This document shows positions 7,449-15,714 of a DNA stretch of 20,616 bases, piece after piece. A program made the translations under genes and the position numbers. The DNA lies in contig JBEQAY010000019.1 of NCBI GenBank assembly GCA_041640075.1, positions 1 through 20,616 of the forward strand. Direction: 5' to 3'. The stretch comes from Candidatus Nanohaloarchaea archaeon (GTDB lineage Archaea > Nanohalarchaeota > Nanosalinia > Nanosalinales > Nanosalinaceae). The notes beneath the pieces were generated by a model. That model was not told the DNA's origin and did not search any database. It saw only the letters and a list, made by a program, of their open reading frames with translations. Numbering within the stretch: position 1 is the first letter of the stretch; each line of letters begins with the position of its first letter.

Positions 7449-9923
7449 ATGAAGAGTATTACAGAACTTGACTTCGGAATCCTGAGTTCGGAAGAACTCA
7501 GGGAAAGAGCAGCAAAAGAGATCGACAAGGCAGAGGTCTACGACGCAGACGGATACCCGGTAGAGGGAGGCGTCATGGACCCGGCACTGGGAGTTATCGA
7601 CCCAGGAATGACCTGCCAGACTTGCGGAGGTCAGATGCGTGAATGCCAGGGACACTTCGGAAAGATCACACTTTCCCGCCCGGTAGTCCACTCACTTTAC
7701 GCGAAGAAAGTCAGAAACCTTCTCAGATTCACAAACATCAACGAGAACGACGAAGTTACCTGTCTTCTCAAGAACGAGGACAAACCCCTGAGAAAGTCAA
7801 ACAGGATGACAGAAGACCCTGAAACAGGTGAGGAAGTGCCTGATATCGACTTTGACAAACCTTACACATACTACGAAGACGGCGATAAAATCACGCCAAG
7901 CGAGATCAGGGAACGATTCAAGCGAATCCCTGAAGAAACGGCTGCAAAGCTTGGAGTAGAAGGATGTCGTCCTGAAGATCTTATCATCACACATGTGCCG
8001 GTTCCACCGGTAACGATGAGACCTTCAATCACCTTGGAAACAGGAGAAAGGTCGGAGGACGACATCACTCACAAGCTCGTCGACGTCATCAGGATCAACA
8101 AACGCCTCCAGAACAACATCGAAATCGAGGCACCTGACTTCATTATCGACGACCTGCACGAACTTCTGCAGTACCACGTTGCGACACTGTTCTACAATGA
8201 CATGAGCAACGTACCGCCGGCAAGACACAGATCCGGACGCTCACTCAAGTCACTGATCGAAAGAGTGCAGGGTAAGGAGGGACGTTTCAGACAGAACCTG
8301 ATCGGTAAACGTGTCAACTTCTCCGCCCGAACAGTAATTTCCCCGGACCCAAACATTGGGATCAACGAGGTCGGAGTACCGTTCATGATCGCGAAGAAAC
8401 TCTCCATCCCTGAAGAAATCACTGAGAGAAACTTCGACGAGATGAAGCAGAGGATCGAAAACGGCCCTGACACGCACCCAGGAGCCAACTACGTCTACCC
8501 GCCAAGCGGGAAGAGAAAAAGAATAACGGAAGAAAATCAGGAGGAAATCCTTGAGGAAATCGCACCTGATGAAGGTTGGAGAGTCGAGAGACATCTCAAC
8601 GACGGCGATACAGTACTGTTCAACCGTCAGCCATCACTTCACAGAATGTCTATCATGGCACATGAAGTCCGTGTACTTCCTTACCGAACCTTCAGATTGA
8701 ACCTGAACGTTTGTGCGCCTTACAACGCAGACTTCGACGGGGACGAGATGAACCTGCACGTACCACAGACAGAGGAGGCACGTGCCGAAGCAGAGGAACT
8801 GATGAAGGTCCAGGAGCACATCAAATCCCCGAAGATGGGAGGACCGATCGTCGGTATGCTTCAGGACTACGTATCAGGACTCTACCTCCTGACACAGGAA
8901 GACAGAACAGTCTCCAGAGAAAAAGCATTCAACCTGCTCGCAGAAGCAGGAGAGTACGAGGCAGACCTACCTGACAAGGAAGAAATCACAGGTAGAGAAC
9001 TTGTATCACTTTTCATACCAGAGGACATCTCCCTGACAATCAACGAGGGAGAAGACAACGAAGTAGTGATCGAAGAAGGAGAACTCATCAAGGGAGTTCT
9101 TGACGAGGACGCACTCGGAGACTACGGAGGAGAAATCATCCAGCAGCTCTCGATCGAATACGGAAGTGACAAAGTTGCAGAGTTCCTCAACCGTGTCTCA
9201 AGAGTCGGGGCAATCTTCCTGACAAAGAGAGGATTCTCAATTGGACTCGAGGACCTAGAAGTCTCAGACGACGCAACAGCACAGATCAAGGAGATGATCT
9301 CAGAGACGGTAGGAAAGGCTGAAGACCTTCTTGACGAGTACGAGGCAGGAGAGATGGAAGCGATTACAGGAAAGACACTTGAAGAGACAAGAGAGATCAG
9401 GATCACTAAGACCCTGAACGAGGTATTCGCAGACATTGGAGATCTTGTCTCCGAAAACTTCAGCGAAGAATCATCGGCTTACGTCATGGCAGACTCCGGA
9501 GCAAGAGGATCCATGCAGAACGTTACAACGATGGCAGGGCTTCTTGGACAGAACTCCGTAAGAGACCAGAGGATCCAGAGAGGGTACAAGAACAGAACAC
9601 TCTCGCACTTCAAATCTGGAGAGATGAGTCCACGAAGCAGAGGATTTGTTTCCTCCAGCATCCTGGAAGGACTAGACCCTGAAGAGATGTTCTTCCACCA
9701 GATGAGCCAGAGAAAGGCACTGATGGACAAGTCACTCCGTACCAAGACATCCGGATACATGTACAGAAGAGTAGCAAACGCACTTCAGGACTTGAATGTA
9801 GAGTACGACCAGACGGTCCGAAACGCTCAAGGCGACATCATCCAGTTCAGAGCTGGAGAAGACGGAGTCGACCCACAAAAATCTGATAGAGGAAGAATAT
9901 CAACCTCTATCGACTTAGAGTAG
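7449..9923 (+). CDS. rpoA1: DNA-directed RNA polymerase subunit A' (Rpo1N)
   Basis: Catalytic YNADFDGDEMN, CQTCG...CQGHFG, GKRVNFSARTVI, NRQPSLHR. Start moved to ATG 7449 because AGGTGG (7438-7443) reads as its SD. Confidence 0.98.
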   Translation: MKSITELDFGILSSEELRERAAKEIDKAEVYDADGYPVEGGVMDPALGVIDPGMTCQTCGGQMRECQGHFGKITLSRPVVHSLYAKKVRNLLRFTNINENDEVTCLLKNEDKPLRKSNRMTEDPETGEEVPDIDFDKPYTYYEDGDKITPSEIRERFKRIPEETAAKLGVEGCRPEDLIITHVPVPPVTMRPSITLETGERSEDDITHKLVDVIRINKRLQNNIEIEAPDFIIDDLHELLQYHVATLFYNDMSNVPPARHRSGRSLKSLIERVQGKEGRFRQNLIGKRVNFSARTVISPDPNIGINEVGVPFMIAKKLSIPEEITERNFDEMKQRIENGPDTHPGANYVYPPSGKRKRITEENQEEILEEIAPDEGWRVERHLNDGDTVLFNRQPSLHRMSIMAHEVRVLPYRTFRLNLNVCAPYNADFDGDEMNLHVPQTEEARAEAEELMKVQEHIKSPKMGGPIVGMLQDYVSGLYLLTQEDRTVSREKAFNLLAEAGEYEADLPDKEEITGRELVSLFIPEDISLTINEGEDNEVVIEEGELIKGVLDEDALGDYGGEIIQQLSIEYGSDKVAEFLNRVSRVGAIFLTKRGFSIGLEDLEVSDDATAQIKEMISETVGKAEDLLDEYEAGEMEAITGKTLEETREIRITKTLNEVFADIGDLVSENFSEESSAYVMADSGARGSMQNVTTMAGLLGQNSVRDQRIQRGYKNRTLSHFKSGEMSPRSRGFVSSSILEGLDPEEMFFHQMSQRKALMDKSLRTKTSGYMYRRVANALQDLNVEYDQTVRNAQGDIIQFRAGEDGVDPQKSDRGRISTSIDLE

Positions 9924-9933
9924 GTGATTAACA

Positions 9934-11049
9934 ATGACAGAAGAACTTGACTGGAAGGAACGCGCAGAAGAACTCCCACAAAAATACCAGGGCAGAGGCC
10001 TATCACAGGACGAGAAAGAGGAACTGCTTGAAAGATACAGGCAGATGCAGTACGAACCTGGAGAATCCATAGGAGTAGTGGCAGCACAGTCACTTTCCGA
10101 GCCTGCCACACAGCTTACGATGGAAACATACCACCAGGCAGGAGGAGCACAGGTCTCCCTGACAGCAGGACTACCACGTCTAATTGAGATCGTCGACGCG
10201 CGTAGAAACCCGAAGACACCGGCAATGGACGTCTACCTACATGAAGACTATAATTCAAAGGAAGACGCTCTCCGCGTCGCACGAAAGCTGCGGCAGGTAG
10301 TATTCGAGGACCTGATCACACAGGACACGATCGACATCATGCAGCTACAGGTGGAGTACAAGCTGAACAAGGATCTACTCGAAGACTACGACATCGACAT
10401 GGAGGACGTTAAACAGAGAGTAGGTGAATCCGTCAGAAAGTCCAAGATAAGTATTGACGGCGATAACCTGATCCTTGAATCATCCAAGGACGACTACGAC
10501 CTTAAAGATCTGAAGAAGATCAAGAACAAGGCTGAAGAAGCCCGTATCAAAGGTCTAAAAGGTATTGAACAGGTCGTTGTCAACGAAGACGATGGAGAGT
10601 GGAGACTGCAGACTGCAGGAACAGCTCTCAGAAAGACACTGAAGATACAGGAAGTGGACGAAAACAGGACAATTTCCAATGACCTGTTTGAGATCCTAAG
10701 CGTCCTCGGTGTCGAAGCACTTCGACAGTCTATCATCGACGAGGTAAACGAGACTCTGGAGGCCCAGGGAATCGGAGTCGACGACAGACACATCATGCTT
10801 CTCGCAGACATGATGACAAAGGAAGGAGAACTCAACGGAACCACTCGTTACGGAATCATGGGTAACAAGGAATCACTACTGGCACGTTCCGTATTCGAGG
10901 AGACAAAGAAGCATCTCCGTGAAGGCTCTCTAAGAGGAGAGACGGACGAGCTTGACGGAGTTATCGAGAACATCCTCGTCGGACAGCCGGTACCTGTGGG
11001 AACAGGTGCAGTCGACCTGAAGCCAAAGTTCACACCTCAGGACGACTAA
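9934..11049 (+). CDS. rpoA2: DNA-directed RNA polymerase subunit A'' (Rpo1C)
   Basis: PGESIGVVAAQSLSEPATQ, GLPRLIEIVDAR, RHIMLLADMMT, GVIENILVGQPVPVGTG; SD AGGTGA 9922-9927. Confidence 0.97.
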   Translation: MTEELDWKERAEELPQKYQGRGLSQDEKEELLERYRQMQYEPGESIGVVAAQSLSEPATQLTMETYHQAGGAQVSLTAGLPRLIEIVDARRNPKTPAMDVYLHEDYNSKEDALRVARKLRQVVFEDLITQDTIDIMQLQVEYKLNKDLLEDYDIDMEDVKQRVGESVRKSKISIDGDNLILESSKDDYDLKDLKKIKNKAEEARIKGLKGIEQVVVNEDDGEWRLQTAGTALRKTLKIQEVDENRTISNDLFEILSVLGVEALRQSIIDEVNETLEAQGIGVDDRHIMLLADMMTKEGELNGTTRYGIMGNKESLLARSVFEETKKHLREGSLRGETDELDGVIENILVGQPVPVGTGAVDLKPKFTPQDD

Positions 11050-11051
11050 AA

Positions 11052-11091
11052 ACTCTTTCTTTATTTCCTATTTTCTTACTCTCATATTTTT
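11052..11091 (+). terminator. Putative pyrimidine/T-rich terminator after rpoA2
   Basis: CTCTTTCTTTATTTCCTATTTTCTT...ATTTTT immediately after the stop codon. Confidence 0.5.
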
Positions 11092-11245
11092 GTGAATTCA
11101 GGTATCTCATGGCTTAACTGCACGGTAAGCTTATTCTTAGGAGAACTTCTTTACAGGGGAAAAACCTAAAAACAGGCATTTCATATATAAAGTTAACCGT
11201 CGTGATTACTACTACGAGCAAACATTTTTCGAAGTGTAGATACCT

Positions 11246-11656
11246 ATGACAACAGCGACTTATGACACGGAAATGATCAGAAACATCAACCTCTTCGAAT
11301 CAATCACTGATGTCGAGGTTAGAGACGCCATCATCAAGGAGGACGAGGCTTACTTCGTCGTCCCTGAAGGAAAGGCAGGAATGGCAATTGGAAAAGGCGG
11401 AAAAGTTGTTCAGAAAGTACAGAACAAGCTTGACAGAGATATCAAGATCTACGAGTACAACGACAATCTTGGAGCCTTCATCAACAACCTAGTACCAGCA
11501 GACATCAGAGGAGTAGACATCGAAGGAGATACTGTCCAGATCGATGTTCCACGAGACAACAAAGGAAGAGTTGTCGGGAAAGACGGGAACAAGATTGAAT
11601 CCATCCGCGAGATCCTTGCAAGAACTCACGGAGTCGAAGAGGTCAAGGTAGAATAG
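11246..11656 (+). CDS. nusA: Archaeal NusA-like transcription factor (two KH domains)
   Basis: FESITDV...D, AGMAIGKGG and RVVGKDG GxxG KH loops; conserved position after rpoA2. Confidence 0.95.
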   Translation: MTTATYDTEMIRNINLFESITDVEVRDAIIKEDEAYFVVPEGKAGMAIGKGGKVVQKVQNKLDRDIKIYEYNDNLGAFINNLVPADIRGVDIEGDTVQIDVPRDNKGRVVGKDGNKIESIREILARTHGVEEVKVE

Positions 11657-11768
11657 ATCATCTTCTAGAAACTGCAGAAACCTGATAGAACTCCTAGCAC
11701 CAGCTATATCATCATACTGACCTTGAAGGTGCTCATGTTTTAATTACAGAAAAATTCATCTCTAACAC

Positions 11769-13352
11769 ATGGGCATCGTCGACAAAGAGATCAGGGATGT
11801 AAAGAGGTTCGACGAGATAGTCCGCACGCTGGCAGACCAGGAAATGGGGATAATACTTGACCGACTTGACCTCAAGCACCGACTACCGTTCTCCAAGAGA
11901 TTCAAGCCCAGAAAGAAGGAACCAAAGCCGGAAAGGCTCAGAGATACGCTTGAAGAGCTCGGACCGACTTTCATCAAGTTCGGACAGATCATGGCACAGA
12001 GACCTGACATAGTTCCGCAGAGATACATAGAGGAGCTACAGGGTCTGGAGGATTCTGTCGAACCGTTTGACTCGACAGATGCGAAAAGGATAATTGAAGA
12101 AGAAGTCGGTGACATAGATAAATACTTCTCGGAGTTCGATGAAGAACCTATGGCAGCTGCATCCATTGCACAGGTGCATCAAGCTACTCTGAACTCTGGT
12201 GACGAGGTTGTTATCAAGGTGCGTCGGCCCGGTATCAAGGAGCAGGTGAAGACAGACCTTGAAATCCTCAAGTTCTTGGCCAGAAGAGGAGAAAAACACC
12301 TGGAGATATTCCAGCAGGTAAGACTGGTTAAACTTGTTGAAGAGTTCGAGAAGTGGATTAAAGAAGAGATGGATCTGGAAAACGAAGGTAGAAACGCTGA
12401 GATAATCCAGGAAAACATGAAGGATCTGGAAAAGGTCAAGATACCCGATATATACAATGATTTCACCTCTGAACGCGTACTTGTCATGGAGAAAGTAGGA
12501 GGGGTCAAGTGTACGGAGACCGAGAAACTGGACGAGATGGATATAGATGTCTCGGACTTGACCAGGAGAGGAATCAGGATGGGTCTGAACCAGGTTATCA
12601 GAGATGGTTTCTTCCACGCCGATCCCCACCCGTCGAACTTTTTCATAGACCAAGACGGCAGCATAATTTTGATCGATTTTGGAATGACCGGAAAGCTGAC
12701 CAAGAAGACCAGGAGACGCATGGGACTCCTCTTTCTGCACATAGCCAATGAAGATGTTGATTCAGCAGTAGATGTGATCACTGATATAGGACGTGTCTCA
12801 GATGACGCGGATGTTGAAGGATTCAAGGAAGTAGTTGAGGACATGGTTCTCACCTTGAGAAATTCGAAGATAGAGGATCATAGCTTGACGAAGACGGCGT
12901 TCCAGACAGTTGTGAAGGCATCAAAGAAAGGAATCTACCTGCCGACCAACCTGGTGCTCTCAGGGAAGGCCCTTGTCACGCTTGAAGGCATACTTTTGAC
13001 TGTCAACCCTGAGGCCAGGATCACACAGGATTACAGAAAGGAAGTAGAGAAGATTCTGAAGGAGGAGCACTCTCCGAAGCAGATGGGCAAGTCGTTCATG
13101 ATAGACATGCTCCAGAACAAGGAACTCTTCACAAAGGCACCTTCCAAGATAAACGAAGCAATACAGAGTGAGGAAAACCATAACACAGAGGTCAAGGTTG
13201 AGACCTCGGACGAACACGAAGACATCGTTACAGCAGGACTTATACTGGGTGCTACATTTCTGCTTTCGCAGGTTCTTCCGAATAAATCACTGCAGATACT
13301 GGGTGTAGTGTTCCTGCTTGCAGCTGCAGTACTCTTCAGCAAGAAGATATAA
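11769..13352 (+). CDS. ABC1/AarF/UbiB family atypical protein kinase-like protein with two C-terminal TM helices
   Basis: LEELGPTFIKFGQ (KxGQ), AAASIAQVH (A-rich loop), VVIKVRRP, FFHADPHPSN, LIDFG; hydrophobic C-terminal hairpin. Confidence 0.93.
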   Translation: MGIVDKEIRDVKRFDEIVRTLADQEMGIILDRLDLKHRLPFSKRFKPRKKEPKPERLRDTLEELGPTFIKFGQIMAQRPDIVPQRYIEELQGLEDSVEPFDSTDAKRIIEEEVGDIDKYFSEFDEEPMAAASIAQVHQATLNSGDEVVIKVRRPGIKEQVKTDLEILKFLARRGEKHLEIFQQVRLVKLVEEFEKWIKEEMDLENEGRNAEIIQENMKDLEKVKIPDIYNDFTSERVLVMEKVGGVKCTETEKLDEMDIDVSDLTRRGIRMGLNQVIRDGFFHADPHPSNFFIDQDGSIILIDFGMTGKLTKKTRRRMGLLFLHIANEDVDSAVDVITDIGRVSDDADVEGFKEVVEDMVLTLRNSKIEDHSLTKTAFQTVVKASKKGIYLPTNLVLSGKALVTLEGILLTVNPEARITQDYRKEVEKILKEEHSPKQMGKSFMIDMLQNKELFTKAPSKINEAIQSEENHNTEVKVETSDEHEDIVTAGLILGATFLLSQVLPNKSLQILGVVFLLAAAVLFSKKI

Positions 13353-13375
13353 CAAAAATAATGTAATTTGAGGTT

Positions 13376-14032
13376 TTAATTTTCTCCAGTAATTTCTTTC
13401 ATGAGTTTGTTAACAGCTTTGTCATTCCTGTACAGGAATGTACTCATTTCTTCTTCTCTTTCTTCTATCTCCTCGAGTTTTGTAAGTTCAGAGGCCTCAT
13501 CTCCTAATGTATCCTTTATGTCGCTAGTCATATCTTCTATTTTTTCCAGGTTCTGATGGACCTCTCTTGCTGCTCTTGAATATTCCTGGATGAGCTCTCT
13601 TCCTTCTTCTGAAATTTTTTCTGTTAATTCTCTTTCGTTCTCTGCAGATTCTCTTGCCTGTGATTTTTGATCATCAGCAATTAAATCAAGGGTGTTTGTC
13701 TGTTGAAGCCCTTTGGCTTCCCTTGCATCTTTTTCTGCCTCTGTTGATTCTTCCAATTTACGCTTTGCTCTTTTTCTTACACTTCTGAGTCTCCTTTCCA
13801 AATCCTCTGGAACATCCCCTGATTTCTTTCTAATTTGCTGACATTCTCTTAGAGTTGAATTTGTTAATTCCCTCAATTCTTCAATTTCTTTCCCGGTTTT
13901 CTCGTGCATCTCCTCAATCTTTTCGAGTTCTTCTTCCATTCCTGAGAACTTTTCGGCTATTTTGTTTAATGTACCTTCTTCTTTTTCAATATCCTCTTCA
14001 ATTTCCTCTAAAGCTGTTATGAGTGGCGCCAT
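13376..14032 (-). CDS. Hypothetical coiled-coil protein (218 aa)
   Basis: E/K-rich heptad-like helical sequence throughout; TATA-like TTTAAAA about 25-30 nt upstream on the minus strand. Confidence 0.8.
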   Translation of the reverse strand: MAPLITALEEIEEDIEKEEGTLNKIAEKFSGMEEELEKIEEMHEKTGKEIEELRELTNSTLRECQQIRKKSGDVPEDLERRLRSVRKRAKRKLEESTEAEKDAREAKGLQQTNTLDLIADDQKSQARESAENERELTEKISEEGRELIQEYSRAAREVHQNLEKIEDMTSDIKDTLGDEASELTKLEEIEEREEEMSTFLYRNDKAVNKLMKEITGEN

Positions 14033-14102
14033 GGTGTGATTTTATTATATTTTAGATTTTAAATCGTTTTGCCGACTTCTGTTACAAAATTAGCGAATGG
14101 TC

Positions 14103-14122
14103 GTACACCACCCGTATAAAAA
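14103..14122 (+). promoter_or_regulatory. Putative rps12 promoter (leaderless or near-leaderless)
   Basis: TATAAAAA at 14115-14122, ending 24 nt before ATG 14147; no SD. Confidence 0.6.
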
Positions 14123-14146
14123 GTTTAACTTAAACTGTATCCTTGT

Positions 14147-14569
14147 ATGGGACTGTATAGTGCACGTAAAATGAGGAAAAATAGCCAGCAGTACCGCTGG
14201 AGTGACAAATATTACAAGCGAAGAATGCTGAACTTGAAGGAACAGGCAGACCCTCTAGAAGGTTCTCCACAAGGTAGAGGAATAGTACTAGAAAAACGTA
14301 TAATTGAGGCAAAGCAGCCTAACTCAGCGCTGCGAAAATGTGTACGTGTACAGCTCCTTAAAAACGGTAAACAATTAACAGCTTTCGTTCCAGGAGACGG
14401 AGCGATTGACCACATCGACGAGCACGACGAAGTAATGATCGAAGGAATCGGAGGAGCAGACTCCGGACCAAAAGGAGATATTCCAACGGTTCGTTACAAA
14501 GTAATCAAAGTCAACGGCGTAAGCCTTGAGGAACTCGTCGCAGGAAACAAGCAGAAACCAACACGGTGA
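14147..14569 (+). CDS. rps12: 30S ribosomal protein S12 (uS12)
   Basis: [41 protein letters not shown]. Confidence 0.98.
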   Translation: MGLYSARKMRKNSQQYRWSDKYYKRRMLNLKEQADPLEGSPQGRGIVLEKRIIEAKQPNSALRKCVRVQLLKNGKQLTAFVPGDGAIDHIDEHDEVMIEGIGGADSGPKGDIPTVRYKVIKVNGVSLEELVAGNKQKPTR

Positions 14570-14576
14570 TAAAATA

Positions 14577-15203
14577 ATGACAGAAGCAGCAACAATTGAA
14601 CTTGACGACGAAGTCCTGACCATGGGACGCTGGGACGCATCAGAGGTAGAAGTAAACGACGATGGTCTCGTAAGATACATCAACCTGGAAAATATCGCAG
14701 CTCCACGCTCAAAGGGGCGCCACAGCGAGAAACAGTTCTACAAAGCTGAAGTATCCATAGTTGAGAGACTTCTCAACAGGATGTACGTCGCAGGACACTC
14801 AGGACAAAAACACCTGGTCTCATCCGGACACAACGTTGGACACTCGGAAAGACTGTGGAACATAATTGAAGACGCATTCGAACAGATCGAAGAAGAAACA
14901 GGAGAGAACCCAATCCAGGTTCTTGTAGATGCAATTGAAAACTCTGCACCTGTTGAAGAAGTAGTCACGTACCAGAGAGGAGGAGCAAGAGCAAGAAAAG
15001 CAGTTCTAGTCGCTCCACAGAGAAGAGTAGACCTGGCTGTAAGACTTCTCGTACAGGGAAGCTACCAGGACAGACTGACCTCAGCAGATGAGGCAGCAGA
15101 AGTTCTCGCAGACGAAATCATGGCTGCAGCAGACGGAGACAACAATGTCAAAGCAGTCCGTGAAAAGGAAAGACGCGAGAGAGAAGCAGAAGGAGCACGA
15201 TAA
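14577..15203 (+). CDS. rps7: 30S ribosomal protein S7 (uS7)
   Basis: IVERLLN, ENPIQVLVDAIENSAP, APQRRVDLA; start at ATG 14577 after SD GGTGA (14565-14569), not 14526. Confidence 0.96.
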   Translation: MTEAATIELDDEVLTMGRWDASEVEVNDDGLVRYINLENIAAPRSKGRHSEKQFYKAEVSIVERLLNRMYVAGHSGQKHLVSSGHNVGHSERLWNIIEDAFEQIEEETGENPIQVLVDAIENSAPVEEVVTYQRGGARARKAVLVAPQRRVDLAVRLLVQGSYQDRLTSADEAAEVLADEIMAAADGDNNVKAVREKERREREAEGAR

Positions 15204-15213
15204 GCTCCACAAA

Positions 15214-15268
15214 CTTTCTCTTCCACATTTTCCCTGCCTGTTTTACTTTTGTTCTTCGATACTTTTCC
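15214..15268 (+). terminator. Putative pyrimidine/T-rich terminator after rps7
   Basis: CTTTCTCTTCCACATTTTCCC...TTTTACTTTTG tract. Confidence 0.45.
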
Positions 15269-15308
15269 TACCCCCAAAGACTTGAACTTTTACTTTGTAT
15301 ACAACTCT

Positions 15309-15608
15309 ATGGATGATTCCAGATTCTGCCCCGATTGCGGTTCTGAAAACGTGGAACCGGATTTTCGCAGGACAAATGTGTTAGGTGAGATGATCTTCAA
15401 CCAGAACAAATGGGTCTGCAACGACTGCGGTTACACGGGTATAATGCCTTCAGGCGAACCAGATGAGGACACAGAGTTCAAGGATGCTGACGAGGAATCC
15501 GGAAAGAATGATGTTGTGGATGGCTCAGCTGGCAGAGCATACGTTAAATATATCTCCTATGTCTTCATCCCTCTAACTATTCTCTACATCCTGTATCTGA
15601 TTATCTAG
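15309..15608 (+). CDS. Small zinc-ribbon protein with C-terminal membrane anchor (99 aa)
   Basis: CPDCG...WVCNDCGY knuckles, acidic linker, C-terminal YISYVFIPLTILYILYLII; ATG 15309 preferred because 15249-15308 is terminator/promoter-like. Confidence 0.8.
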   Translation: MDDSRFCPDCGSENVEPDFRRTNVLGEMIFNQNKWVCNDCGYTGIMPSGEPDEDTEFKDADEESGKNDVVDGSAGRAYVKYISYVFIPLTILYILYLII

Positions 15609-15650
15609 TAGCAGTTTTTGAAGGTTGGTGTGAAGTGTTCTGTTGATTAG

Positions 15651-15670
15651 CTGTATCACCCTTTTTTAAA
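15651..15670 (+). promoter_or_regulatory. Putative fusA promoter
   Basis: CACCC-TTTTTTAAA; SD GGTGA at 15701-15705. Confidence 0.5.
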
Positions 15671-15714
15671 TCTTGTAAAGAATTCCACGGTATAAACTTT
15701 GGTGAATTCAAAAT

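Noticed and set aside
4107..11049. Inteins or introns in RNAP subunits; split B and A subunits as a novelty
   Set aside because: Subunit lengths are normal or short with no intein motifs; B''/B' and A'/A'' splits are well known in archaea.
11657..11768. AGCACC/GGTGCT stem and minus-strand ATGATGA (C-box-like) after nusA
   Set aside because: No correctly placed CTGA D box on that strand; the short stem is compatible with chance.
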